Shown piece by piece: positions 1-10,218 of a DNA stretch of 64,000 bases. The notes under the pieces were generated by a model that was not told where the DNA came from, did no database searches, and saw nothing but the letters and a program-made list of their open reading frames with translations. The stretch is from Bacteroidia bacterium. GTDB taxonomy: Bacteria; Bacteroidota; Bacteroidia; NS11-12g; UBA9320. The position numbers were made by a program, and so were the translations under genes. Each line of letters starts with the position of its first letter. Within the stretch, counting starts at the first letter, position 1. The stretch spans positions 51,705-115,704 of the forward strand of contig JADLGN010000009.1 in assembly GCA_020849295.1 (NCBI GenBank), given 5' to 3'.

Positions 1-97
1 ACTTATGTTTGGCAAAGCAGTTTAATTTTTGAAAATTAACATAAATTACAACTTTAATTTTTGCATTTTTGCGATAAAATAAAATCTATAAAATAAT

Positions 98-1417
98 ATG
101 GCGGAATTTCAATTGGTAATGCCAAAAATGGGCGAAAGTATTGCAGAAGCTACAATAATTAGATGGCTGAAAAATGAAGGTGATATTATAAACAAAGATG
201 AAGCTGTTCTTGAAATTGCTACCGACAAAGTAGATAGCGAAGTTCCATCACCATTCAGTGGCAAGCTAAGCAAAAAATTATTCAATGATGGAGATGTAGT
301 AAGTGTTGGAGCAGCCCTTGCCATTATTTCTTCAGAAATTGACAATTCAGCAGAACCGGAAAATAATATTACTGTTGTAGAAACTCCAAAAGTAGAAACA
401 ATTAAAATTACCGAGACAATAGTTCAAAATAATTCAGTAATTGAAACCAGTGAAAATAAAGCAAGCGTAAATAATAAATTTTATTCGCCACTTGTACTTT
501 ATATTGCTAAAGAAGAAGGTATATCAGTAACTGAACTTGAAAATATTACTGGTACTGGCAATGAAAAAAGAGTTACCAAAAGAGATATTTTATTATACAT
601 AGAAAACAAAAAATCAATAGCAATCCCTGATAAACAGCCGGCTTTACAGACACAAGCCAAATCGCAACCGGTAGTTATTCAAGAGCCAATAAAAATTACA
701 GCTTCTTCAGGTGATGAAATAATTGAGATGGACAGAATGCGTAAACTTATTGCAGAACACATGGTAATGAGTGTGCAAACATCGCCTCATGTTACATCAT
801 TTGTAGAAGCAGATGTTACCAATATTGTAAACTGGAGAAATAAAGTTAAAGATAAATTTAAAAACAGAGAAGGCGAAAACCTAACATTTACTCCAATTTT
901 TATTTATGCAATTGTAAAAGCAATAAAAGATTTTCCAATGATTAATGTATCTCTTAATGGCGATAAAATTATTAAAAAGAAAAATATAAATATAGGAATG
1001 GCAACCGCATTGCCAAGTGGTAATCTTATTGTCCCGGTAATTAAAAATGCTGACACTAAAAGTCTTCTTGGGATAACTAAGGAAGTGAATAATCTTGCCG
1101 CAAAGGCTCGAAATAATAAACTTCTGCCAGAAGATATTCAAGACGGAACTTATACAATTACAAATGTTGGTACATTTGGAAATGTTCTCGGTACACCTAT
1201 TATCAATCAGCCTCAGGTTGCAATTATGGCTACTGGTGCTATAAAGAAAAAACCCGCAGTAATTGAAACTGAATTTGGTGATGTTATTGCAATTAGACAC
1301 ATGATGTTTTTAAGCCACAGTTACGATCATCGAATTGTAGATGGCGCTTTAGGGGGGAGTTTTGTAAGGCGTGTTGCTGATTATTTAGAAAACTGGAATT
1401 CAGATTCAGAAATTTAG
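98..1417 (+). CDS. 2-oxo acid dehydrogenase complex E2 component (dihydrolipoyllysine-residue acyltransferase), single lipoyl domain
   Basis: N-terminal lipoyl-attachment motif (IATDKVD), a peripheral-subunit-binding region and a C-terminal catalytic domain with the DHRIVDGA motif. Which 2-oxo acid complex (PDH, OGDH or BCKDH) cannot be assigned from this gene alone. Confidence 0.85.
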   Translation: MAEFQLVMPKMGESIAEATIIRWLKNEGDIINKDEAVLEIATDKVDSEVPSPFSGKLSKKLFNDGDVVSVGAALAIISSEIDNSAEPENNITVVETPKVETIKITETIVQNNSVIETSENKASVNNKFYSPLVLYIAKEEGISVTELENITGTGNEKRVTKRDILLYIENKKSIAIPDKQPALQTQAKSQPVVIQEPIKITASSGDEIIEMDRMRKLIAEHMVMSVQTSPHVTSFVEADVTNIVNWRNKVKDKFKNREGENLTFTPIFIYAIVKAIKDFPMINVSLNGDKIIKKKNINIGMATALPSGNLIVPVIKNADTKSLLGITKEVNNLAAKARNNKLLPEDIQDGTYTITNVGTFGNVLGTPIINQPQVAIMATGAIKKKPAVIETEFGDVIAIRHMMFLSHSYDHRIVDGALGGSFVRRVADYLENWNSDSEI

Positions 1418-1547
1418 CCACAAATTTTATATTCAAAATTTTAAACGTTTATAATGTAGATAATTGTAATTATTTTTAAATATTATTTAGATTTCTTCTT
1501 GCATTAAAAATATTTTCTTCTACATTTGTTTTACTTTTTACCCACTT

Positions 1548-1562
1548 TTCTGAAGTTCAGAA
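1548..1562. promoter_or_regulatory. perfect 7-1-7 palindrome TTCTGAAgTTCAGAA in the intergenic region, operator-like
   Basis: Read directly. It lies about 30 nt upstream of a small 47-codon ORF (1593-1736) in the 467-bp E2/efflux intergenic gap. Confidence 0.25.
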
Positions 1563-1592
1563 ATGCCTAATTAAAGAAAAAATTATATAACT

Positions 1593-1736
1593 ATGAAAAG
1601 AAAGACAGTTAAAATTAAAGAATTTTTCAGTTCTAAAAATGAAAATTTCTCAAATTCTACTAATCAAAATACAACTACTTCTGCAGCTTACGAGTTATTC
1701 AAAAAAATAGAAAACAGTCGCAAATTTGCACTTTAA
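1593..1736 (+). CDS. small hypothetical ORF (47 aa, MKRKTVKIKEFF...RKFAL), not on the ORF track
   Basis: ATG to TAA ORF in an otherwise empty intergenic gap. Lys/Asn/Thr-rich, with no recognisable domain. Confidence 0.15.
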   Translation: MKRKTVKIKEFFSSKNENFSNSTNQNTTTSAAYELFKKIENSRKFAL

Positions 1737-1884
1737 TTTTGCACTTGTTTTTGATTTTTTAAATATTTCTTTAAAGAAAAACTTGAGTTAAACTTTTTTA
1801 AATTCAAATAATCGACAGATTTTATTTATTTAACGGAAATTTATTCATATTAATTTTTTATGCACCTAATCTTGCGACCTGAAA

Positions 1885-2307
1885 ATGCGGCTAAGGGTAA
1901 AATTTATTTCCTTCATCTTGTTGTTGACATGCCTCTCGTCATTACAAGCTAAAAATTTTTCAAATCCGGTTATCACAAGAAATTATTCTAAAATTTCTTA
2001 TTTAAATATTTTCAAATTTTCGGATAAAAATAAACAGATTTTAAAAGAAAACAACTGTTTATCATTAGCCAACTATGATATTAAGACAAATGATAATATC
2101 AAACAAAACAATAATAACTGTTATATTTTTCAAGATATAAGCATTGACGAAGACAATAAAATAAAAATACAATTAATAAACCCTGCCGAATTTGAATTTT
2201 CTTTAAAAAATTGTTTTTGCTTTAAAATTTCATATAATATCACTAAATACTATTCTGCATGTATAAATTGTAGAAAGTACATTTTTATTAGTACCTTTAG
2301 ATTATAG
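1885..2307 (+). CDS. hypothetical small protein with N-terminal hydrophobic signal-like segment
   Basis: 140-aa ORF. The N-terminus MRLRVKFISFILLLTCLSSLQA looks like a signal peptide. Low-complexity N/K/I-rich sequence, so it may be spurious. Confidence 0.3.
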   Translation: MRLRVKFISFILLLTCLSSLQAKNFSNPVITRNYSKISYLNIFKFSDKNKQILKENNCLSLANYDIKTNDNIKQNNNNCYIFQDISIDEDNKIKIQLINPAEFEFSLKNCFCFKISYNITKYYSACINCRKYIFISTFRL

Positions 2308-2432
2308 ATTTTCTTATAAACTTGATTTGAACGTTGCTTCAAATCTTTTTACCATTATATTATAAAACTTCAAAATTTTGCTTTTGGCTATTTGCAAAAC
2401 TTTAAGTTTTCTGTGTTTCAATTAAAAATAGT

Positions 2433-2452
2433 CAAATCAAATCAAATCAAAT
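2433..2452. repeat. (CAAAT)x4 microsatellite immediately 5' of the RND adaptor start codon
   Basis: Direct reading: caaatcaaatcaaatcaaat ends 3 nt before the ATG at 2456. A 7-1-7 inverted repeat AAAACTTtAAGTTTT lies about 40 nt further upstream. Confidence 0.8.
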
Positions 2453-2455
2453 AAA

Positions 2456-3544
2456 ATGTATAATAAAATAAAAATAATAATAGCCTCTATTCCTATAATA
2501 GCTATGGCAAGTTGCCATAAAAAAACCGAACATACTTTTGACGAATCATTTTATACTGTTTCTTGCCCTATACAAAAAGATACAGTAATAAACAAAGAAT
2601 ACGTATGTCAAATACATGCTATATCTCACATTGAAATTAGATCACAAGAGCGAGGATATCTGCAAAAAATTTATGTAGATGAAGGAAGTGTTGTAAAACA
2701 AGGACAAAATATGTTTCAAATTATGCCTATGCTGTATGAAGCTGAAACCGAAAAATCAAAAGCAGATGCAAATTATGCAAAGATTGAGTATGAAAATACC
2801 AAAATTTTGTACGAAAAAAATATAGTTTCTAAGCAAGAATTAGCTTTATCAAAAGCTAAGTATGACAAGGAAAATGCTAATTTGGATTTATCATTAACCC
2901 ATTTAAAACTTACAACTATTAAAGCACCATTTAATGGGATTATAGATAAGTTTCATGTTAGGATTGGGAGCCTAATAGAAGAAGGAGAATTGCTTACAAC
3001 ATTATCAGACAACAGCAAGCTATGGGTTTACTTTAATGTTCCCGAAGCCGAATACCTTGATTATTCAGAACGAATACGCAAAGAAGGAGGTCAAAAAGTA
3101 AAATTAATTATGGCTAATAATGAAATTTATAATCATGATGGGATTTTTGAAACAATTGAAGCTGATTTTAATAATGAAACCGGGAATATAGCTTTTAGAG
3201 CTACTTTTCCAAATCCGCAGAGATTATTAAGGCATGGACAAACAGGTACTATACTTTTGCCATCACACCTAAAAAATGCTATAATAATTCCCCAAAAAGC
3301 AACATTCGATATATTAGATAAAAAATTTGTATTTGTAGTTGATAAAAATGGAATTATTCATAGCAAACAAATTACTGTTGGTATAGAAATGCCTCACTTA
3401 TACACTGTAACAAGCGGGCTAACAGTAAATGATAAAATTTTGATTGATGGGCTTAGTAAAGTTAAAAATAATGATAAAATTAAGACTCATTTTCAACCTT
3501 TTGAAAAAGTGTTATCCGATTTAATTAATCTTCAAGCTGAATAA
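2456..3544 (+). CDS. RND efflux periplasmic adaptor subunit (membrane fusion protein, HlyD/AcrA family)
   Basis: Lipoprotein-like N-terminus (MASC), coiled-coil hairpin region and beta-barrel/MP domains typical of AcrA-like adaptors. Lies directly upstream of the RND permease. Confidence 0.85.
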   Translation: MYNKIKIIIASIPIIAMASCHKKTEHTFDESFYTVSCPIQKDTVINKEYVCQIHAISHIEIRSQERGYLQKIYVDEGSVVKQGQNMFQIMPMLYEAETEKSKADANYAKIEYENTKILYEKNIVSKQELALSKAKYDKENANLDLSLTHLKLTTIKAPFNGIIDKFHVRIGSLIEEGELLTTLSDNSKLWVYFNVPEAEYLDYSERIRKEGGQKVKLIMANNEIYNHDGIFETIEADFNNETGNIAFRATFPNPQRLLRHGQTGTILLPSHLKNAIIIPQKATFDILDKKFVFVVDKNGIIHSKQITVGIEMPHLYTVTSGLTVNDKILIDGLSKVKNNDKIKTHFQPFEKVLSDLINLQAE

Positions 3545-3568
3545 TTTAATAATCTAAGTAACAAAACA

Positions 3569-6500
3569 ATGTTTCGAATATTTATTAAAAGACCGGTTTT
3601 GGCAATTTCACTTTCATTGGCAATTGTATTTTTAGGTATTCTCGCAATATCAACGCGACCTGTTTCACAGTTTCCTGAAATTGCCCCTCCACGTGTAAGT
3701 ATTTTTATTGAATTTCCAGGCTCTAATGCAGAAGTATTAGTAAAATCAACTCTTACTATACTAGAAAGAGAAATAAACGGTGTGCCAGGTATGCAATATA
3801 TGATGTCTGATGCTACAAGTGCCAGCGAAGCAACTATAGAAATTGTATTTGAACCCGGAATTGACCCTACTATTGCTGCTTCAAGAGTAAAAACCCGTGT
3901 TGACCAAGTATGGGCAAACTTGCCAGAATTAGTGCAAAAAGAAGGTGTAATTATTACTCCAATTCAACCAAGTATGTTAATGTATGTCAATTTTTTTAGT
4001 ACTAAGAAGGAATTTGACCAAAAATTTTTATTCAACTACGCTAATACATACATAGTCCCCGAACTGCAAAGAATTAGTGGCGTAGGGCGCTCAGAGTTAG
4101 TTGGAAGTCGTGCTTTTGCAATTAGAGTTTGGCTAAATCCTGACAGAATGAGGGCTTATAAAATCTCTTCTGATGAAGTACTTAAAGCTATAGATGAACA
4201 AAGTGTTTTAGGTCGTCCAGGAAGAGTTGGTCTTAGCTCAGGCAAAAAAGCTCAATCTCTTGAATATGTATTTAATTATAAAGGATGGTATAATACGCCC
4301 GATCAATATAAAGATATTATTATTAAAGCTAATACTGACGGCGAAATACTAAGGCTAAAAGATATAGCAAATGTAGAAGTAGGAAGTGAATTTGTAGATA
4401 TATATACAAATAAAGATGGACATGCTTCTGCATCGTTGGTTTTAAAGCAAAATCCAGGAAGTAATTCAAATAAAATTATTGATGAAGTAAAACTAAAACT
4501 TGAAGAAATGAAAAAGGACTTTCCCCCTGGTGTTGATTATGAAATTAACTATGATGTATCAAACTTTGTAAATGCATCTATCGACAAAGTTATACATACT
4601 TTAATTGAAGCATTTATACTTGTATCAATCGTTGTTTTTGTCTTTTTAGGAGACTGGCGATCAACTTTGATTCCAACCTTGGCTGTTCCTGTATCATTAA
4701 TTGGTGCTTTTGTATTTATGCAAATGTTTGGTATAAGTATTAATCTTATAACATTATTTGCATTGGTTTTGGCTATAGGTGTTGTAGTAGATGATGCTAT
4801 AGTAGTAGTTGAGGCAGTTCATGTTAAAATGCATGAAGAAAATTTATCGCCATTTCAGGCTGTAAAAAAGGTACTAGATGAAATAAGTGGAGCAGTAATA
4901 GCCATTACACTTATAATGACAGCAGTTTTTGTCCCTGTTTCCTTTATGACAGGTCCGGTTGGGGTATTGTATCGTCAGTTTGCAATAACTATGGCATCTT
5001 CAATTGTATTATCTGGAGTAGTGGCACTTACTCTTACTCCAGTGTTATGTGCTATGATTTTGAAAAATACACATGGACAGCCTAAACGCAAAACACCTAT
5101 TAGCATTTTTATTGATTGGTTTAATAACAAATTTGAAAATTTAACAATTATTTACACTAAATTTTTATCGCACATAGTTAATAGACGAGTAATTACATTT
5201 GGAGCATTAATCATTTTTTCAATTTGTATTATTGGTATAAACAAAATTTTGCCAATTGGATTTATTCCAAATGAAGACCAAGGACAAATTTATGCCATTA
5301 TTCAAACACCTCCAGGGACTACTCTTGAACGTACAAATGCAGTTTCTTTAGAACTACAAAAAATAGCAAAAGAAATAGATGCTGTAAAATCAGTAACTGC
5401 AATGGCAGGCTATGAAATTTTGACTGAAGGACGTGGCTCTAATGCCGGCACATGTTTAATTAATCTTAAAGATTGGTCAAAGCGTACAAAAACAATAAAT
5501 CAGGTAATAGAAGAATTAGAGGAAAAAACAAAAAACATAGGTGCGGTAATTGAATTTTTTGAACCTCCCGCTGTGCCTGGTTATGGTGCATCTTCAGGTT
5601 TTGCATTGAGATTGCTCGACAAACAAAGTGATGTAGATTATCAAAAATTTGACGAAATAAACAGCAAATTTGTAAAAGATCTAAAAAAAAGAAAGGAACT
5701 CAGCGGTATTTTTTCATTTTATTCTGCTAAATATCCTCAATACGAAATTTCAATTGATAATGAGTTGGCAATGCAAAAAGGAGTTTCAATTGGCAAAGCA
5801 ATGGAAAATTTGAATATTCTAATTGGAAGCACTTACGAGCAAGGATTTATTAGATTTAATAATTATTATAAAGTATATACGCAAGCCGATCCTGAATTTA
5901 GAAAAGACCCAACTGACATATTAAATTTTTTTGTAAAAAATGATAATGGCGACATGGTACCTTATTCTTCATTTATGACAATTAAAAAAACACAAGGTCC
6001 TAATGAAATTTCAAGATACAATCTTTATACATCTTCGTTAATTAATGGAATTCCATCAAAAGGGTACACTTCTGGCGATGCTATAAAAGCAATTAAAGAA
6101 GTAGCCAAAACAAGTTTACCGAAAGGTTATGGAATTGCTTGGGAAGGTTTATCTTATGATGAATCAAAAAGAGGAAATGAAGCAATTATAATTTTTATGA
6201 TAGTAGTATTTTTCGTTTATTTAGTTTTAGCAGCGCAATATGAAAGCTTCATATTACCTTTTGCTGTTATTCTTTCTTTACCACCAGGTATTTTCGGTTC
6301 TTTTTTATTACTCAAAACTATGGGACTTAGTAATGATGTTTTTGCACAAATTGGTTTGATTATGTTGGCAGGGTTATTGGGCAAAAATGCTGTACTTATT
6401 GTTGAATTTGCAGTACAGAAAAATAATGAAGGTTTATCAATTTTTAAGTCAGCATTAGAAGGTGCAAAAGAGCGTTTCAGACCTATTTTGATGACATCAT

Positions 6501-6796
6501 TTGCTTTTATTGCAGGTATGATACCACTTGTAAGAGCAACAGGTGCAGGCGCTATTGGAAATAAAACTATTGGAACTTCTGCTTTGGGAGGAATGTTGTT
6601 CGGTACTTTGTTTGGTGTTCTTATAGTGCCCGGCTTGTATTACATTTTTGGTAAATTATCGGAAGGTAAAAAACTAATAAAAGATGAAGCTGTAGCTCCT
6701 CTTAGCGAAGATTTTGCTGAAAGTCAGAGTGAGGCAAGTCAAGATAATAATTTTAAAAAACTAATTGCAAAATTTTTGAAACGAAATGAAAAATAA
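3569..6796 (+). CDS. RND multidrug efflux permease, HAE1 family (AcrB/AcrD/AcrF-like)
   Basis: 1075 aa with 12-TM RND topology and large periplasmic loops. Conserved TM4 segment (GVVVDDAIVVVEAV). Confidence 0.92.
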   Translation: MFRIFIKRPVLAISLSLAIVFLGILAISTRPVSQFPEIAPPRVSIFIEFPGSNAEVLVKSTLTILEREINGVPGMQYMMSDATSASEATIEIVFEPGIDPTIAASRVKTRVDQVWANLPELVQKEGVIITPIQPSMLMYVNFFSTKKEFDQKFLFNYANTYIVPELQRISGVGRSELVGSRAFAIRVWLNPDRMRAYKISSDEVLKAIDEQSVLGRPGRVGLSSGKKAQSLEYVFNYKGWYNTPDQYKDIIIKANTDGEILRLKDIANVEVGSEFVDIYTNKDGHASASLVLKQNPGSNSNKIIDEVKLKLEEMKKDFPPGVDYEINYDVSNFVNASIDKVIHTLIEAFILVSIVVFVFLGDWRSTLIPTLAVPVSLIGAFVFMQMFGISINLITLFALVLAIGVVVDDAIVVVEAVHVKMHEENLSPFQAVKKVLDEISGAVIAITLIMTAVFVPVSFMTGPVGVLYRQFAITMASSIVLSGVVALTLTPVLCAMILKNTHGQPKRKTPISIFIDWFNNKFENLTIIYTKFLSHIVNRRVITFGALIIFSICIIGINKILPIGFIPNEDQGQIYAIIQTPPGTTLERTNAVSLELQKIAKEIDAVKSVTAMAGYEILTEGRGSNAGTCLINLKDWSKRTKTINQVIEELEEKTKNIGAVIEFFEPPAVPGYGASSGFALRLLDKQSDVDYQKFDEINSKFVKDLKKRKELSGIFSFYSAKYPQYEISIDNELAMQKGVSIGKAMENLNILIGSTYEQGFIRFNNYYKVYTQADPEFRKDPTDILNFFVKNDNGDMVPYSSFMTIKKTQGPNEISRYNLYTSSLINGIPSKGYTSGDAIKAIKEVAKTSLPKGYGIAWEGLSYDESKRGNEAIIIFMIVVFFVYLVLAAQYESFILPFAVILSLPPGIFGSFLLLKTMGLSNDVFAQIGLIMLAGLLGKNAVLIVEFAVQKNNEGLSIFKSALEGAKERFRPILMTSFAFIAGMIPLVRATGAGAIGNKTIGTSALGGMLFGTLFGVLIVPGLYYIFGKLSEGKKLIKDEAVAPLSEDFAESQSEASQDNNFKKLIAKFLKRNEK

Positions 6797-8213
6797 AAAT
6801 TTAATTAATTTAATATCATCAATTACATTTATAATATCATTAGCTTGTTGTAGTACCCCTAAATTATTTGTAAGAAAAGAAAAAAACAATCTACCTGACT
6901 TTTATTCATTTCAAAAAGATACAAGCAATAATGAGCTGATTTCTTGGAAAAAATATTATACCGATTCTTTTCTAATTTCACTTATTGATACTGCTCTTAA
7001 AAATAATCAAGAACTAAACATTATTTCTAGAGAAATTGAAATAAATAAAAACGAAATTTCTTCAAAAAAAGGAGAATATCTCCCTTTTGGTAATATCCAT
7101 TTTGGTACTGGTGCAGATAAAAGTGGTAATTATACATTTAACGGAATGTCAGAAGAGGATGTAAAAAATAAGAATAATGAATTTCCAAGATACATTGGAG
7201 ATAATTTAATGCTTTTAAATTTTTCATGGGAAATAGATGTTTGGGGAAAATTACACAATGCAAAAAAATCAGCAATTAAGCAGTATTTAGCAAGTATAGA
7301 AGGTAAAAATTTTTTAACAACCGAATTAGTTGCCGAAATAGCAAATTCATATTACGAATTACTTGTTTTAGATAACAAGTTGCAGATTATCGAGCAAAAT
7401 ATTGCAATACAAAAAGATGCCCTTGAAATGATAAAAATTCAAAAAAATGCTGCACGAGTAAATCAATTGGCTGTTAATAGATTTGAGGCTCAAATGATAA
7501 ACTCACAAAACATGATTTTTGAAATCAAGCAAAATATAATTGAAACTGAAAATAAAATAAATTATCTTGTTGGAAGAATTCCACAGCATATAAACAGGGT
7601 AAAAAGTGATTTAAAATCTCTTAGTCTGTTTCCATTGCTTATAAGCAATCCATCTCTATTACTTACAAATCGTCCAGATATAAGGCAAGCAGAAAAAGTT
7701 TTAGAAGCAAATAAATTAGATGTTAAAGTTGCTAGAGCAAATTTTTACCCAAGTATAAATTTTCAATCGTATATAGGATTTCAATCATTTAATCCGATAT
7801 ATCTAATAAATCCCAAATCAACTGCATTTAATTTGCTTGGCGAATTATTTTCACCGCTTATAAATCGTAATTATATTAAAACTTTGTATTACAATGCAGG
7901 TGAAAAACAATTGCAATCAGTTTATAAATATGAACAAACTGCATTAAAGGCTTACATAGAAGTTTATAATCAATTTGCTGGTATAAAAAACTACAGTGAA
8001 AGTTTTAATATTAAAACACATCAGGTTGATATTTTAAACGAGTCAATAGAAATTTCGGTAAATCTTTTTAAATCAGCAAGGGCAGATTATACCGAAGTTT
8101 TACTTACACAAAGAGAATTACTGGAAGCAAAAATGGAAATGATAGAGATTAAACAAAAACAAGTAATATCGTGTATAAATTTATACAAAGCTTTGGGTGG
8201 TGGATGGAAATAG
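6786..8213 (+). CDS. outer membrane efflux protein (TolC/OprM family, NodT-type lipoprotein)
   Basis: Lipobox (LACCS), two-repeat TolC-like architecture, and overlaps the permease stop (operon). Confidence 0.8.
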   Translation: MKNKNLINLISSITFIISLACCSTPKLFVRKEKNNLPDFYSFQKDTSNNELISWKKYYTDSFLISLIDTALKNNQELNIISREIEINKNEISSKKGEYLPFGNIHFGTGADKSGNYTFNGMSEEDVKNKNNEFPRYIGDNLMLLNFSWEIDVWGKLHNAKKSAIKQYLASIEGKNFLTTELVAEIANSYYELLVLDNKLQIIEQNIAIQKDALEMIKIQKNAARVNQLAVNRFEAQMINSQNMIFEIKQNIIETENKINYLVGRIPQHINRVKSDLKSLSLFPLLISNPSLLLTNRPDIRQAEKVLEANKLDVKVARANFYPSINFQSYIGFQSFNPIYLINPKSTAFNLLGELFSPLINRNYIKTLYYNAGEKQLQSVYKYEQTALKAYIEVYNQFAGIKNYSESFNIKTHQVDILNESIEISVNLFKSARADYTEVLLTQRELLEAKMEMIEIKQKQVISCINLYKALGGGWK

Positions 8214-8418
8214 CTTTTTCAACTCATCAAATAAAAAAGTGATAGCCACATAGCCCGATGACTCCATAAAAATAAAGATTGAATTTATAACAAACTATCT
8301 AATGTTTTTTGCAATATATAGTAATGACTGGTTGTTCTACTTAAATTTTCACATTAGGTTGCCTTGCTCCAAAAGAAAAATGATTGTAATAGATGCTTTA
8401 ATTTAAATAATAATACAA

Positions 8419-8667
8419 CTATTGTTTTATCCATTTGATTTGCTGGTAAGACCCATTCTCTCTTACTAAGACAATATAAAATCCTGGAGTTATTAAATCA
8501 ATACTTTCGTTAAAATGATTGGTCGGCTTTATTTCCCACTTTGAAATTAATTTACCTGTTAAGCTAAAGATTTGAATTGGATTTTTATCTGAATATGCCT
8601 CGCAAACCACACTATATTCAAGTGGTTTAACAGCATTATAGCTGATTGAGACTCCGATTAATTCTTA
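8419..8667 (-). pseudogene. remnant of a T9SS C-terminal sorting domain (CTD) from a decayed cargo gene
   Basis: The translation ...SISYNAVKPLEYSVVCEAYSDKNPIQIFSLTGKLIS...GFYIVLVRENGSYQQIKWIKQ matches the Por/T9SS CTD pattern. An in-frame stop sits immediately upstream and no catalytic part is present. Confidence 0.55.
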
Positions 8668-8961
8668 AGCATTTAAATTTTGAAAAATTCCAATTAACTT
8701 AATGATTAAAAAAGTTTTTTCATATATTATAAAGATATAAAATTTACATAAGGTTAACCATTTTAATTAAAAAAATTTTTGTTCAATAATTTTAAAAGAG
8801 TTTTTTATGAGAAAATATTTACCAACATATTTTAGTATTTTATTTTTTACACTTTTGGGTGTAATCTTATTTTAGGACAAGAAAATTCTGTTTAAATTTT
8901 TGAGTAATTCAAAAATTTAACTAATGTTAATTTTTATGTTATTTTGCAAGCCTGCAATTTG

Positions 8962-10140
8962 ATGAAAATATTATTTGTAGCTAACAGAGTTCCGTATCCT
9001 CCATACAGAGGAGATAAGCTGAAAATATACAACATTGCTCGCCGTCTTTCTATAAATCACGAACTGTTTTTGATAACATTTGCCGAATCAAAAAAAGAAT
9101 TAGATTATAAAATTGAACTTGAAAAAATATTTTCTAAAGTAATTATTATATACTTACCCAAATGGAAATCATTTTTTAATTGTTTTTTAGCAATTTTTAC
9201 TTCAATACCATTACAGGTGGCATACTTTAAAAGTAAATTGTTGCAACAAACTATCAAGCACTTTTTATTAAACAACAAAATTGATATTATTCATACTCAA
9301 CATTTGCGAATGTCGCAATTCACAAAAGACATAAAAATTGCCAAAATACTTGATTTTCCTGATGCTTTCTCTCTATACTGGAAAAGAAGATTAGAAAATA
9401 GAAAAAATAATTTATTTAAAATATTTGAAAATATTGAGTTCAAAAGGCTGTATAATTATGAAAAGAATATATTAAAATTTTACAATTTGGGTTTGGTTTG
9501 CTCTGTTGAAGACTTAAACTACATCAAGAAAGAACATAATATTCAAAATATTGCTTTGTTAAAAAATGGAGTTGATTTTGACACTTTCTCATCTGCTGCC
9601 CACGACTATTCAATAAATGATGTAATAATTTTTACGGGGAATATGAATTATTCGCCAAACATTGATGCTATACTTTATTTCGCTAATGATATTTTCCCGT
9701 TAATTTTAAATAAAAAAAATAACGTAAAATTTATAATTGCAGGACAAAAACCTGTAAAATCAATTTGCAAACTTAAAAGCCAAAATATAGAAGTAACAGG
9801 TTTTGTAGAAAACCTTAATGAATATTACAAGAAAGCATCAGTAGTGATATCACCACTAAGGTTTGGAGCAGGAACACAAAACAAAGTACTTGAAGCTATG
9901 GCAATGGGAATACCTGTAGTTTGTACAAAAATAGGCTTTGAAGGACTTGAAGTAAAAAACGGGGAAGGTGTATTTTGCGAAACAAACCCTATTGATTTTG
10001 CTTCAAGAGTAATTGAATTGCTTGAATCTGAACTTATGAGAAAAAAATGCGGAACTCAGGGAAATGAAATTGCAAAAAAGAATTTTTGTTGGGATATTAT
10101 TGTTAAACAATTAGAAAATTACATGATTAATAATCTTTAA
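8962..10140 (+). CDS. glycosyltransferase family 4 (GT-B fold, group 1 glycosyl transferase)
   Basis: N-terminal MKILFVANRVPYPPYRGDKL and a C-terminal E-x7-E region (VLEAMAMGIPVV), typical of GT4. The ORF-track start at 8944 is a TTG; the ATG at 8962 is more likely. Confidence 0.8.
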   Translation: MKILFVANRVPYPPYRGDKLKIYNIARRLSINHELFLITFAESKKELDYKIELEKIFSKVIIIYLPKWKSFFNCFLAIFTSIPLQVAYFKSKLLQQTIKHFLLNNKIDIIHTQHLRMSQFTKDIKIAKILDFPDAFSLYWKRRLENRKNNLFKIFENIEFKRLYNYEKNILKFYNLGLVCSVEDLNYIKKEHNIQNIALLKNGVDFDTFSSAAHDYSINDVIIFTGNMNYSPNIDAILYFANDIFPLILNKKNNVKFIIAGQKPVKSICKLKSQNIEVTGFVENLNEYYKKASVVISPLRFGAGTQNKVLEAMAMGIPVVCTKIGFEGLEVKNGEGVFCETNPIDFASRVIELLESELMRKKCGTQGNEIAKKNFCWDIIVKQLENYMINNL

Positions 10141-10218
10141 GTTTCATTTTTTGGTCATTTGTTGATTTGTAATTTTTCTTATATTCAAGTTTTGTCTAAA
10201 TTTGTTACTTAACTAACA

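Noticed and set aside
881-1300. 139-aa minus-strand ORF inside the E2 acyltransferase gene
   Set aside because: Antisense shadow ORF in an A/T-rich coding region. Cys/Asn/Ile-rich low-complexity translation. Fully contained in a strongly supported plus-strand gene.
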